In this document: positions 7,909 through 17,440 of the stretch, in pieces
Position numbering within the stretch: position 1 is the stretch's first letter
Layout: the number at the start of each line of letters is the position of its first letter
Source of the DNA: an uncultured virus (IMG/VR IMGVR_UViG_3300021197_001353)
Lineage: Duplodnaviria; Heunggongvirae; Uroviricota; Caudoviricetes
Length of the DNA stretch: 22,751 nucleotides
Direction: 5' to 3' (one strand)
IMG/VR virus record: IMGVR_UViG_3300021197_001353
Translations under genes and position numbers: made by a program
The notes under the pieces: generated by a model
The model's database searches: none
Told to the model about the DNA's origin: nothing
Seen by the model: the letters and a program-made list of their open reading frames with translations, nothing else

Positions 7909-10601
7909 AATGGTGGGTTGAAATTATCTCTTTCTTTTAATTCAAGGTACGCACGAATCTCCTTCCAGAACTTGTCATCACTGACGTAAGGGAAGTTGAT
8001 ACGCTCGAAGAGTGGATATAGTGGCTCAAGGAATTCCTCCAAGTACTCACCGAGTATATGGACATCGTCGTGTGCAATCGTACAATCTGCATCCGCAACC
8101 TTAAACAGCTCTACTGATTTCGCAGCAATGGCTTCGTCATCGTGGTCATCTAACATGAAGGTCTGCAACTGGTGCATCTTCTTCATGAGATCGATAACCT
8201 CTTTAAACTCACCATCGTTTTGGTTCCAGTATCTACTGTGTTGTTGGTACTTCTGGTACGGCATCAACTTATCCAATACATCTCTGTACTTAGGATCTAC
8301 TTCTTTCAACTTTTCAAACCAAGTTGGTACATGAGGCAACATACATCCTGTTGCCCACTCTCGAACTTTCTTATGCATACTCCATTTGTTTTCGTGTAGG
8401 ACAGAAAAGAATTCACTGATGTGCTTGACGTTAGTCCCTGCCATCTTCTTAGACAATGTAGCTGATACTTTGAACAGCTGTATGTCTGTGACTTTGGAGG
8501 GCTCTTCGTCCACTGAACTACTCCACTCACCAGTGTGATCATTACGGAACCGAACAGGCCTGAACTCTGTGAATACAGGGTTCGGATTGGGCATATTGGT
8601 ATCCGTATTAGAAAACATGTGGTAATTTGACAGCCTAGTGTACACATTAGTCCAACCAGGAACAGTAGGAGCACAGATAGTAGCAGCCAGTTGCAGCATC
8701 TTCTCATCCTCACTGGTACCATAGTACGTTTCTATGTCAGTGTCTTGAACGAGCTGCAGTGGTGCCTCGACCTTGTCCCATGTCCAGTCTGAGATATCAT
8801 TACACCACTTGGTATCACCAGTGTGCGGACGTCGAAGTGTGTAGAGTACTACCTCCCCTCCTTCTCTACGTCTTTCTTCTGGTGTCATGAAACGGTATCT
8901 GTTCTTCAGACCTTCTTGTTCCTCTTTCTTTTCAAGGGCCTCATCGAAATCGGCCGGTACTTCTATCTCGTCATAGTCAAACTTCACCATAGGGCTATCC
9001 TTAATGAGTTCCCAATTAGATGCACGATACAGATTGAGCGAGTCAATCTTCAGCTGCACCTTATCGTCGTTCATAAGGTTAGTTACGTGATGTTCTGTAA
9101 TGAGAGTAAGGGTCTCGTCTTTCATAAGGTACAGGTCCTTGCGAGCAACGGGATTGCCTTTGACGAAGTACAGGTTGTCCCAATTGACTGAGCCCCATCC
9201 TACTTCTTCTCTTTCTATTTGGTATTTTCCATTTTTGTAAACCCTGCTTACGTTGCGAACCTTGTAGCCTTTCAGGATACCTCCAGGAGAGGCAAAGGTT
9301 ATACTTCGGTTCCCAGGAAAGCTGGGCTTGACATTCTCTTTGTCAATCATCTCACTCAGTTGACGTAGTACAGTATCGTTTCCGGTGTTCTTATAGAGAA
9401 CTTCGCTGCACTTCTTCACCCATGTAAGAAAGTCATCTTCATTTAATTGCTCACTAATCACATCCGCCGCGTCTTGAGCTGCCCGCTCAATAGCACCTTG
9501 GATGTATTTCTTAGTGTGCTCATTCCATATCACTTTTTCTCTTGAAGGTGTAACTTCGACGCCATCCTGAATGACGACTTCGTTACCCTCCTCATTTAGA
9601 TAAGCCTGACGTGCTGGGCATTTGATTGCCACTGCACCCCATAGCTGCTCCATCTCGAGCTCACGAAAGTCCACATAGCCATAGTTAATACCCGTAGTGG
9701 CTCCTGGGGTTTTAACCATAAGAATGTGAGGCTTACGCCATGCCCAAGTATCTGAGATAATCAGGTTGTCAGAGTTGTAGAGGACATCACTCCTAACACT
9801 CCGATCCATCTCATTACCATCTTCATAGACTTGATTCAGATCAACGTTGTCGATGTAGTTCAGTTGGTCCTGTACTGCATCAACATACTTCCCACGGTGA
9901 TGTCGTTTAACACCGAAGGAGATCTTCGTAAAGTTCTTAGAAGTAGTATTCTGATAGAAGACCTTGGTACCGTCACTGAATGTAACGAACCCATCGGCCT
10001 GGAACTTCCCAATCAGGAAATCTGTCTTGTATGCAAAGCAGTTCATCTTGAACAGCTTGCCATTGTGTGCTGTCTCTACAGTGTAGAAGTCTACACCAGT
10101 AGATAGCGGGACCTTAGCACCTAGCCCAAACGCCCCAAAGTTCTCCGAAGTGTTTCTCTTAGTCGAGAAACCAAGCTCCAGATACCCCTCCAGGCGGCCT
10201 TGTCCAATGCCCACGCCATAATCCAAAACACTAAACACATCGCAAAACCCTGTACCATCGTTTTCTTTGTAAGTTACTGTAACTCTGTCGTTAGACGTGC
10301 AAAGATACGAAGGATCATAGTATTCCGGTGTAAAGTTTGAGTCAATGTATTGCTCATCATCTCTAGTAATGTAGTAGTCTTCTACTTTCTTCTCGCCAGA
10401 CAATATCTCCAACGCAATCTCCTTCTCACGTTGTGAATCGCAGGCGTTTGTCACCAGCTCACGTACAGTCGAAGGTATCGGGGTAGAGTATTGTGTAGAT
10501 TGAAGAATATCGAAGACAAGCTTCTCAGCGGACTTGTTAATCCGCTTCTGTAGACCAGTGCTATTACTTTGCACCTGCCTACCGATTGTCTTAATGCTCA
10601 T
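7905..10601 (-). CDS. rIIA: rIIA-like protein with an N-terminal GHKL (HSP90-like) ATPase domain (~898 aa)
   Basis: Motifs YSTPIPSTVRELVTNACDS, DYGVGI, STKRNTSENFGAFGLGAK and VTPSRE. The true start is likely the ATG at 10601 (MSIKTIG), after a hairpin and an A-rich leader. Confidence 0.85.
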   Translation of the reverse strand: MSIKTIGRQVQSNSTGLQKRINKSAEKLVFDILQSTQYSTPIPSTVRELVTNACDSQREKEIALEILSGEKKVEDYYITRDDEQYIDSNFTPEYYDPSYLCTSNDRVTVTYKENDGTGFCDVFSVLDYGVGIGQGRLEGYLELGFSTKRNTSENFGAFGLGAKVPLSTGVDFYTVETAHNGKLFKMNCFAYKTDFLIGKFQADGFVTFSDGTKVFYQNTTSKNFTKISFGVKRHHRGKYVDAVQDQLNYIDNVDLNQVYEDGNEMDRSVRSDVLYNSDNLIISDTWAWRKPHILMVKTPGATTGINYGYVDFRELEMEQLWGAVAIKCPARQAYLNEEGNEVVIQDGVEVTPSREKVIWNEHTKKYIQGAIERAAQDAADVISEQLNEDDFLTWVKKCSEVLYKNTGNDTVLRQLSEMIDKENVKPSFPGNRSITFASPGGILKGYKVRNVSRVYKNGKYQIEREEVGWGSVNWDNLYFVKGNPVARKDLYLMKDETLTLITEHHVTNLMNDDKVQLKIDSLNLYRASNWELIKDSPMVKFDYDEIEVPADFDEALEKKEEQEGLKNRYRFMTPEERRREGGEVVLYTLRRPHTGDTKWCNDISDWTWDKVEAPLQLVQDTDIETYYGTSEDEKMLQLAATICAPTVPGWTNVYTRLSNYHMFSNTDTNMPNPNPVFTEFRPVRFRNDHTGEWSSSVDEEPSKVTDIQLFKVSATLSKKMAGTNVKHISEFFSVLHENKWSMHKKVREWATGCMLPHVPTWFEKLKEVDPKYRDVLDKLMPYQKYQQHSRYWNQNDGEFKEVIDLMKKMHQLQTFMLDDHDDEAIAAKSVELFKVADADCTIAHDDVHILGEYLEEFLEPLYPLFERINFPYVSDDKFWKEIRAYLELKERDNFNPPL

Positions 10602-10611
10602 GTTATTAGAT

Positions 10612-10646
10612 AAAGAAATAGCCCTCACAAAACTGTGGGGGCTATT
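10612..10646 (-). terminator. Probable intrinsic terminator/attenuator upstream of rIIA
   Basis: The - strand reads AATAGCCCCCACA-GTTT-TGTGAGGGCTATT-TCTTT and overlaps the nuclease stop codon. Confidence 0.55.
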
Positions 10647-11101
10647 AGTTGTAGAATCATTTGTACTGTTTCGATGTTCTGTTTCTGATTTCTCGGAACA
10701 TACAACACCGGCGGGTCTCCTGATTCCATTAAAAGATTCTTGAACATCTTCCACTTGAGTGGGAAGCGTTCATTTGCGTAGCCTTTACACTCTATGACCC
10801 ATTTACCGTTGGGGTCTACGAAGTCTGGAGTGTATGTGATATCACGGACCTTGTGTTTCTTCTTGTCCAAGTATCCCGTCTTACCATTGTCCTCATACGA
10901 GGAGTTGTCATAGTAAAAGCCTTTCATGAGAACATACTTATGCTTCTCATAGTCAGCTGGGATACCAGCATCACGAAGTTGTCTGTAGCAATGAGCCTCT
11001 AGCTGAGACCTAAATTTAATACCATCTACTTCTTTGCGTTTGGCATTACGTACCTTCTTCTTTCGCTTTCGAACTCCTGTACTCTTTCCTCGTGATGACA
11101 T
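10625..11101 (-). CDS. PD-(D/E)xK endonuclease (DUF1064 / T7 endonuclease I-like, possible junction resolvase)
   Basis: Motifs VDGIKFRSQLEA, ITYTPDFV and VIECKG, with a basic N-terminus. Confidence 0.85.
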   Translation of the reverse strand: MSSRGKSTGVRKRKKKVRNAKRKEVDGIKFRSQLEAHCYRQLRDAGIPADYEKHKYVLMKGFYYDNSSYEDNGKTGYLDKKKHKVRDITYTPDFVDPNGKWVIECKGYANERFPLKWKMFKNLLMESGDPPVLYVPRNQKQNIETVQMILQLIAPTVL

Positions 11102-12056
11102 CCTTTGCTGTTTGTAATCCGTAGTTTTTAATCAGGTCTGATATATCCTTGGACTTGTAATACGAAGGTATTACAATGTTCTCAAGTCCATACCTCTCAC
11201 AGATCTTAACGGCCATTGTCTGGCCCGGGTTACGTTCATTATCAAAGTCATTGTCATACAGGACGATTACTTCTTCGAAGCGCGCTTGCGCTTCTTCGAT
11301 GGTAGCTTCCCTTGGCATAAGCATCTCTGATTGTAAAGCAATGGATGGACAGTCAAGCACCGCCAAGCACATGACATCCTTGAGCGAGCTTGTGAGAACC
11401 AGAGTCTTACCATGTTCAGGCAGCTGCCGATAGCCTTGTAAGCATTCCATACCCACATTAGAACTCCATTTAAAATCTCTTTCAAGCGGACGGTAAATCT
11501 TATAACCGCAGTCAAAACGGTAACGGTAACTGATACTATTGCACGAAAAACGTTGTTCATTGATCCAATAATGTGAGATAGGTTGAACGTCAAAGATACG
11601 CAATAATTTCTTACTGATACCGAACTGTTTCCAGTAAGCTGCGTCTTTGCTGTTCCACCTACGTACTCTTACTTTGATCTGCGATCTCGTTTTTGCTCGT
11701 ACTCTCGGCTCCACCTTTTGTACAGTCCCTGCAAGACGTACACCAGTATGGAGACCCAGCCCAAAACAGCCATCAATGTGTATAAGTGATCCATAGAAGT
11801 CTAAATTGTATTTGTGTGCAACATAAGCAAAGCAATCAAACGTATGATCTGGGTGACCAAAGTCCTTGTACAGTAATCTTTGCCCTATGAGGGCAATGTC
11901 AACTGTGGGGGACTTATCATCACGAAGATCACTACGAAACTTTGTGCCTATCTCTTTGAAGTTTCTACAAAAGTATTTGAATATTTGATACTCCGATACC
12001 TTGTCTAGTACATTATCTCTGCTTAGATACTCGTCGCTTTTGCGTGCTTGGATCAT
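11046..12056 (-). CDS. DNA primase (TOPRIM, crAss-like DnaG type)
   Basis: TOPRIM-like motifs LVLTSSLKDVMCL, VLYDND and KDISD. The N-terminal zinc-finger-like region is degenerate (FRSDLRDDKSPT..YKDFG). Confidence 0.85.
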   Translation of the reverse strand: MIQARKSDEYLSRDNVLDKVSEYQIFKYFCRNFKEIGTKFRSDLRDDKSPTVDIALIGQRLLYKDFGHPDHTFDCFAYVAHKYNLDFYGSLIHIDGCFGLGLHTGVRLAGTVQKVEPRVRAKTRSQIKVRVRRWNSKDAAYWKQFGISKKLLRIFDVQPISHYWINEQRFSCNSISYRYRFDCGYKIYRPLERDFKWSSNVGMECLQGYRQLPEHGKTLVLTSSLKDVMCLAVLDCPSIALQSEMLMPREATIEEAQARFEEVIVLYDNDFDNERNPGQTMAVKICERYGLENIVIPSYYKSKDISDLIKNYGLQTAKDVITRKEYRSSKAKEEGT

Positions 12057-12065
12057 GATAAGTTA

Positions 12066-12095
12066 GGGCCAGACTGCAAATATACAGCCTGGCCC
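12066..12095 (-). promoter_or_regulatory. 13-bp intergenic hairpin whose top contains a Bacteroidota-type -7 box (TAnnTTTG)
   Basis: The - strand reads GGGCCAGGCTGTA-TATT-TGCAGTCTGGCCC, with TATATTTG at 12084-12077. There is no U-tract and no clear -33 TTTG. Confidence 0.45.
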
Positions 12096-12101
12096 GTCAT
12101 C

Positions 12102-12872
12102 TTATATCCAGTCAGAGGAGGCATCACCCGCAGGCTCAGCAACAGACTCTTGTGGTTTTACCAACCCTGGCTGCCAACGCTTGAGGTTCAAGTCGTTAGG
12201 ATCAAAGTCAGCACGGAACTCACCATAGTCAGCATTCAATGACTTGACAAACAGATCATCGCGCTTTGGCTTTTCACGACCAAAGAAGCGGGTGTATACC
12301 TGCTGGTACTTCTCGTCCTTGACACCAAGCAAGAGACGGACACGGTTCTCCTTGAGTGCAGACACATACTGCTTGAGCTCAGTGACATTGCCGCTCATCA
12401 AAGACTTGATGTCGTCGATGGCACACTCACCGTCTCTCCCAACGTTGGCCCACGTCTTCATGAAGTCAATGAGTGTCTCCTCACCTGTGTAGGCACGGCG
12501 GACACCCTCGTTCTTGAACCACTCGTACTGAGTAGATGGGTTCTCTGTACCCCATGCAGTCTGACCAAACTTGTTGATGTACTGAAACTTACCAGTCCTA
12601 GACTCAGGACGTTCGTTAGGCTCAACCAACAGCTCGAAACGAGTAGTGAACTCGTGGAGTTTGTTGTGAACCCAGAACGTGAGCTTGTTCTTGGTAGACT
12701 CACCCATCTGTATGCCTGTGTAGTTAGGCTCAGACTTTAGGTTTATTCCGAGAGCATGCAGCTCGCCCAGGGTAGGGTTGACTGCGATAACACTCGCTGT
12801 GGCTATGCCACAGTATAGGGGAATCCCACCCCCTCCAACTTCGACGCTGGAATCATTAGATGCAATAGCCAT
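12102..12872 (-). CDS. Putative ssDNA-binding/replication protein (256 aa)
   Basis: Lies between the AAA ATPase and primase genes, has an aromatic-rich core and an acidic tail ending in aromatic/hydrophobic residues (GDASSDWI). Function is inferred. Confidence 0.5.
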   Translation of the reverse strand: MAIASNDSSVEVGGGGIPLYCGIATASVIAVNPTLGELHALGINLKSEPNYTGIQMGESTKNKLTFWVHNKLHEFTTRFELLVEPNERPESRTGKFQYINKFGQTAWGTENPSTQYEWFKNEGVRRAYTGEETLIDFMKTWANVGRDGECAIDDIKSLMSGNVTELKQYVSALKENRVRLLLGVKDEKYQQVYTRFFGREKPKRDDLFVKSLNADYGEFRADFDPNDLNLKRWQPGLVKPQESVAEPAGDASSDWI

Positions 12873-13198
12873 TAGTCTTGGATTTCGTTTTGGTTGTCAT
12901 TGTGGGGATCTTCGGTCACTTCAGCAATATTCTGCTCCAAGGTCACCTGTGTGCTAGCAGTGTCGTCGATGAGCTGAATGCGCATCACTCTCTGCCGCTT
13001 TACACGGATACCCTTGAGCTTTGGGTGGGAGAAAATCTCCTTAGCCTCAGCAATCGTCAATCCATATTTCTTACGGATGTCATCACGGCTCATGCCATCA
13101 TCCTTGATGTGGCTGATAAGCGATGAAATAGTCAACACCTGCGGTGTTTCTTCTTGTGCTACCTCTGGGGTAGCATCTACTCTTGCGTCAAAAGACAT
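12872..13198 (-). CDS. Hypothetical protein with an HTH-like segment (108 aa)
   Basis: The likely start is the ATG at 13198 after ACACAACAAC. MSRDDIRKKYGLTIAEAKEIF is HTH-like. It is coupled to the next gene by TAATG. Confidence 0.65.
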   Translation of the reverse strand: MSFDARVDATPEVAQEETPQVLTISSLISHIKDDGMSRDDIRKKYGLTIAEAKEIFSHPKLKGIRVKRQRVMRIQLIDDTASTQVTLEQNIAEVTEDPHNDNQNEIQD

Positions 13199-13208
13199 GT
13201 TGTTGTGT

Positions 13209-13916
13209 TTAATCAATGAAAATTTTAGTCCAGTCAAGCTGATCATCAAGTCCTCGTAGATGGTCGCAGCGTGAGCCGGCTGTATCGTCGTTCGTAGAGT
13301 CGAACGAAATCTTTGTTTGTCCCTCACCTCGGTATACATAGCCGATAGCGTCACAGTTTGAACATGCAATCTCACGCAGCTTGCCAGTCAAGGACAGGTC
13401 ATTAGCCTTGACTTCTTTGCCGTTCTTAGTAAGATACTTGTCCTTCAAGTGACCCACGAAGATGACGTGGTCTGCCAGCTTGTTGAGGTTACGGAACCAT
13501 TTTTGGAAAGACTGTCGCAAGTAGTTGTAGCCTGCACCGTTGGGCAGTGTGAGTACAGACAAACCTTTATTGTCCTTGTCGAAGTTCTTACCCATGGGTG
13601 TGGCTTGATACATGGACTTGGCGTCCTGTTCACACCACACTTCCAACTGGGTAATAGTGTCGATGGCAATATACTTGTACGGCTTTCCCTCGCTAATAAT
13701 AGCTTTCCCAACCTCAGCCAACTCAGCGAGGGAGTTGACTTTGATCTTGAGTGCGTCCACCATATCTGACCCGTCCTCGAGGTCAATGATGAGACAGTTC
13801 TCAAGTTGAGAGAGAGCTGTGGTCTTACCGATCTTCGGCGGACCATAGATAATCATGTTCTTTGGTGATTTGCGGGCAGCTTTAATCACCTTCTTTGGTA
13901 GTGTTATTTCACTCAT
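13209..13916 (-). CDS. P-loop ATPase, AAA_24/Sak4-like
   Basis: Walker A YGPPKIGKT, IIDLEDGS, Walker B IAIDTIT and IFVGH. Confidence 0.85.
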   Translation of the reverse strand: MSEITLPKKVIKAARKSPKNMIIYGPPKIGKTTALSQLENCLIIDLEDGSDMVDALKIKVNSLAELAEVGKAIISEGKPYKYIAIDTITQLEVWCEQDAKSMYQATPMGKNFDKDNKGLSVLTLPNGAGYNYLRQSFQKWFRNLNKLADHVIFVGHLKDKYLTKNGKEVKANDLSLTGKLREIACSNCDAIGYVYRGEGQTKISFDSTNDDTAGSRCDHLRGLDDQLDWTKIFID

Positions 13917-14131
13917 TTTGATTTTAAATAGGGAATTTTCTTTTTGGTTTTGGTGTTGATGTTGTATGCTACTTCAGTGCCTTCGGGTAGAGGACAGGGT
14001 TCGTATCCTGAAATCAAGTGCTCTCTGAATATGTAGCCGTCGCCGTTGGTTTGAAGTATATACCTACGCACAGTAGGCTTACGCTTTTTACCTTCAACAC
14101 TCTCAACCCTAACTATCTTGACTTCTTTCAT
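13913..14131 (-). CDS. Hypothetical basic protein (~72 aa)
   Basis: Fills the gap between DnaB and the ATPase and overlaps the ATPase gene by ATGA. The likely start is 14131 (MKEVK). Confidence 0.6.
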   Translation of the reverse strand: MKEVKIVRVESVEGKKRKPTVRRYILQTNGDGYIFREHLISGYEPCPLPEGTEVAYNINTKTKKKIPYLKSK

Positions 14132-15059
14132 CAATGGTAAATGTTGATAGGTCTGTTTCAAAGGGTATCATACCAAGCATACCATCACGGTTCTTTTCAA
14201 TATGTGCAGCAAGGAGACCTTGTGGGTCCTGTCCGCAATACTTGTCAGTAATCCCATACAAGTCGTACGGACGCTGCAACATCATGACGACGTGCGCATC
14301 CTGACCAATAGAATCACCACCGAACAGATCGGTAAGCAGTGGTTGAAACTGTTGTTTGGCCCGAAACTCTTGTTCAATGTTTCGGTTGAGCTGTGACAGC
14401 AGAATAGTAATACTGCCCATACGTGCTTGTATGAGCATAGCAGTCTTAGAAAGCTCATTAAGCTTCATAAGCTCAGTGTCTGCCTTTGACCTCACAAGAC
14501 GTGAGTGGTCAATAAGGTTGATAACTGTAACACCAGGGTACTTGTCGAAGATTGTGTAGTTGGTCTGCTCAATCTTCTCCATGTTCTGTGGTATGGAGCA
14601 GAAGTAGATAGGGTACTTCTTGTACTTCTCCACCTCGTTGACATACCTGTCAAAGTTATCCTGTGACAGCTTGTTCTCTACCGACAGCAACTCAAAGGTT
14701 TGCAGCTTTGTATCCTTTGAGCCTGCACGCAGTATCTGCTGATACCCTGGCATCTCAAAGCTCCAATACAATACCACAACTTGTTTGTTTAAGTTGTTGT
14801 CAAGCACATCAAAGATCAACTGGTTTGAGAAAGCGGACTTACCCACACCAGGACGACCTGCAATGACGTACATCTTACCACGTTGTAGCCCACCCATAAG
14901 ATTCTTGTTCAGTCGAGGCCACTTTGTAGGGAACACGATACGATTACCGTTGATGCCCGTACGAACCTCAGAGACTGACTGATTAACCGATTTGGATATG
15001 TGCTTTAGTACTTTAACATCTCGTAGGTCAAAGTTGACGAGTGATTCTAGCTTTGTCAT
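14109..15059 (-). CDS. dnaB: DnaB-like replicative helicase (C-terminal RecA domain only)
   Basis: Motifs IAGRPGVGKS, SFEM, IDH, LSQLNR, SIGQDAHVV and KNRDG. At 316 aa it lacks the N-terminal DnaB domain. Confidence 0.93.
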   Translation of the reverse strand: MTKLESLVNFDLRDVKVLKHISKSVNQSVSEVRTGINGNRIVFPTKWPRLNKNLMGGLQRGKMYVIAGRPGVGKSAFSNQLIFDVLDNNLNKQVVVLYWSFEMPGYQQILRAGSKDTKLQTFELLSVENKLSQDNFDRYVNEVEKYKKYPIYFCSIPQNMEKIEQTNYTIFDKYPGVTVINLIDHSRLVRSKADTELMKLNELSKTAMLIQARMGSITILLSQLNRNIEQEFRAKQQFQPLLTDLFGGDSIGQDAHVVMMLQRPYDLYGITDKYCGQDPQGLLAAHIEKNRDGMLGMIPFETDLSTFTIDERSQDS

Positions 15060-15579
15060 TTGGGGAGTTATCTTCTATGTCTTCGTACTTCTCCCAAGTA
15101 TAGTTATTGACCCAAGTAGGGAGCATTTGCATCCAGCCTAGAGTGTTAGTGGACTTGCGAAGCTCCAACTCATTGATCAAACATTTGACAATGAACTGGT
15201 GCTTCACCAAGTCTTCCTTAACAATCTTGTGGTATTTGTCTCGAGCCTTGGAGTTAGCTTTTGCACTAGCATCCTTGGCGCGTAGGACACGCATCTGCCC
15301 ATTGTTGTAAACCTTTAGGGGAAAGTGGGAGAGAAGCTCTGACCACATCTGATCAAACGATGATTGGAACATGTCCAAGAACGTTTGACGAACAATGTGA
15401 TCTTCGAGCTCCTCCCCCAACTTAAGTAGGCCCTTGGTTTGCAGGGACTCAGTGTCTGGATTAAGCGTTAGCTGCTCCAAACAATCATAACTTTTAACAT
15501 GCAAGAGGTACAAATATAAGAAATCATCTGCGGTTATCCCAAACTTTTGTAGAATATCTGTGTTGATTTCTATAAGCAT
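15028..15579 (-). CDS. Hypothetical replication-associated protein (183 aa)
   Basis: Overlaps the dnaB start. FDQMWSELLSHFP and WVNNYTWEKY resemble C-terminal motifs of phage replication initiators (inference). Confidence 0.55.
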   Translation of the reverse strand: MLIEINTDILQKFGITADDFLYLYLLHVKSYDCLEQLTLNPDTESLQTKGLLKLGEELEDHIVRQTFLDMFQSSFDQMWSELLSHFPLKVYNNGQMRVLRAKDASAKANSKARDKYHKIVKEDLVKHQFIVKCLINELELRKSTNTLGWMQMLPTWVNNYTWEKYEDIEDNSPNDKARITRQL

Positions 15580-15584
15580 ACCAA

Positions 15585-15917
15585 TTATTTAAACACTGCT
15601 GTTATCTGCTTGCCTTGAAGTTCCAAAGTGACAGTCTCTTTTGACATTAGCATGTCCACCAAGAACTGTCGAGCATCTACATTGGTAGTAGTCTCTGTTT
15701 GAGGTGCACGTGTGATCTCACGGAACTTGTAGTCCTTGTCCTTACGGATAGTGTAGTACCTGCCCTTTACCATAGGTAGGGTAAGCTTCTTCTTTGTAAT
15801 AGCAAAGACTTTCTTGCGTGCTTTACCAGCAGCAGAATGGATTGTGTTATCGCCTCTGTTTGCGATAGTAGAGTAGATGATTGTATCTACTTCTGTTGTG
15901 TACTTTGATTTGATCAT
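15585..15917 (-). CDS. Hypothetical protein (110 aa)
   Basis: ORF coupled to the helicase stop by ATGA. Confidence 0.65.
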   Translation of the reverse strand: MIKSKYTTEVDTIIYSTIANRGDNTIHSAAGKARKKVFAITKKKLTLPMVKGRYYTIRKDKDYKFREITRAPQTETTTNVDARQFLVDMLMSKETVTLELQGKQITAVFK

Positions 15918-17194
15918 GATAAGAAATCTTTTAAATTGTTACTTTGTTTTACGTTTTTGAGGGTTTTAGTAGCTTCCTCAAGCCATTTTTCTTCCTGCGA
16001 TACAAGCACATAGAAGATGTAGATCTTGCCGATCTTATCACCGTCTTTGCGAATGATACGCCCCAGTCGTTGAATCATAGACAGGGACTTGGACTCCAAG
16101 CCCACGATAATGCCTATACCAACATCTGGTACATCCATGCCTTGGTTCAATGCTTTGGTTGAGCACAGAACCTTAGACTTACCTGATTTAAAGTCCTCCA
16201 AGGTTGTACTTCTCTGCTTCTTGGTCTTACCTGAGTGATACACAGGAGCACCAACGAAGTCAGCCACACGGTCTGTGAACTTGTTTGTACCACCGAAGGT
16301 GAGAATCTTTTCTCCTTCGTAGAACTTACACACGTCTGCAGCTCCTTGAATCTTAGCTACTGCCTCTTGGACAGTCTGCCGTCTACCACGAATGGCATTC
16401 ATGTACTGTGCAGCAACACCCTTTGGGCCTTTGATTTTACCAGACAGAATGTTTTGAGCATGCTGAAACTGGCCGAACTTACCCAAGACGGCACTCATTC
16501 GTACGAATTGTTTATGATACCTGTCGTACTCGACACGTTCAGCTTCATCTAGGTCTACACCAACGCAGTATATCTCGTAGTCTGCAACAAATCCAGCATC
16601 CACGCACTCGTCGAGTGTGATGTGAAAGCAGGGAGGTGCAAGATTAGCAAGAACTTTACGATAATCAGGGTCCTCAGGTATAGTAGCAGTCAAGCACAAC
16701 AACCGATCAAATGTGTTCTTATTGAAGAACTCTCGGTATATAGGAGACAAGCCAAGGTGAATCTCATCACATACTACCACATGGTAGTGCTTGCCTTCCA
16801 TCTTGTGTGCTGACGCATAGCATACAAAATCAATGCGGTCGAGGTAAGCCTCGAAGCCCCATTTCTTTATCTCATGAGGAAACTGATCCTGCAGTTGTGT
16901 AGTAGGGACTAGAACTAGGCATCTAGAGTCTGTGTCTCCGGACTCGACCAGTTCATCCATACTATAACCAATAGCGAGAGCGGCAACGCGAGATTTCCCA
17001 AAGCCAGTAGCAGCAATAACGCTGCCTTTAAACCCTTGACGGGCCCAGTGGTTGAGTGCTTCTTTCTGGTAGTCATCTCGTGTCTTAGGGACGTAACCTT
17101 CCTGAGTGGTAGGCTTGCCTGTGATTCTGTCCCCAATATACTTTAGTCTCTGCTTTGGTCTCTTGTAATTACCGTTACTGCGTTTCATGTTCAT
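15914..17194 (-). CDS. Superfamily 2 DExH helicase
   Basis: Motifs YQKEAL (Q), ATGFGKS, LVPT, DEIH, LTAT, LNQGMDVP and QRLGRIIR. The start is probably 17194 or 17188. Confidence 0.92.
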   Translation of the reverse strand: MNMKRSNGNYKRPKQRLKYIGDRITGKPTTQEGYVPKTRDDYQKEALNHWARQGFKGSVIAATGFGKSRVAALAIGYSMDELVESGDTDSRCLVLVPTTQLQDQFPHEIKKWGFEAYLDRIDFVCYASAHKMEGKHYHVVVCDEIHLGLSPIYREFFNKNTFDRLLCLTATIPEDPDYRKVLANLAPPCFHITLDECVDAGFVADYEIYCVGVDLDEAERVEYDRYHKQFVRMSAVLGKFGQFQHAQNILSGKIKGPKGVAAQYMNAIRGRRQTVQEAVAKIQGAADVCKFYEGEKILTFGGTNKFTDRVADFVGAPVYHSGKTKKQRSTTLEDFKSGKSKVLCSTKALNQGMDVPDVGIGIIVGLESKSLSMIQRLGRIIRKDGDKIGKIYIFYVLVSQEEKWLEEATKTLKNVKQSNNLKDFLS

Positions 17195-17387
17195 AGATTT
17201 CTTCTTCAAGCCAATCCGCTGTTGTGGGATATTCCACAACCTTCATGTCTCGGATTGACACTTCAGGGAGAACGTCAGGCTGCAGATAGCCGTCACCTTT
17301 CTCTCCCCCATCGTAGTCATAGACTATTTCAAGTTTCAACTGTCCGATGTCGGAGTCGATCGTTGTGTAGTATAGTTTCTCGCTCAT
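17175..17387 (-). CDS. Hypothetical acidic protein (70 aa)
   Basis: ATG follows the A-rich leader TTATTCAAA; the ORF overlaps the helicase start. Confidence 0.65.
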   Translation of the reverse strand: MSEKLYYTTIDSDIGQLKLEIVYDYDGGEKGDGYLQPDVLPEVSIRDMKVVEYPTTADWLEEEIYEHETQ

Positions 17388-17440
17388 TTTGAATAATTTT
17401 AGTATTGATTCGCACTACTTGCCTTGTTAAGGCATTAAAG

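Noticed and set aside
10602..10754. N-terminal extension of rIIA, and similar extensions at 6749-6817 and 13199-13375
   Set aside because: They overlap upstream genes in another frame; internal ATGs with coupling or A-rich leaders are better starts.
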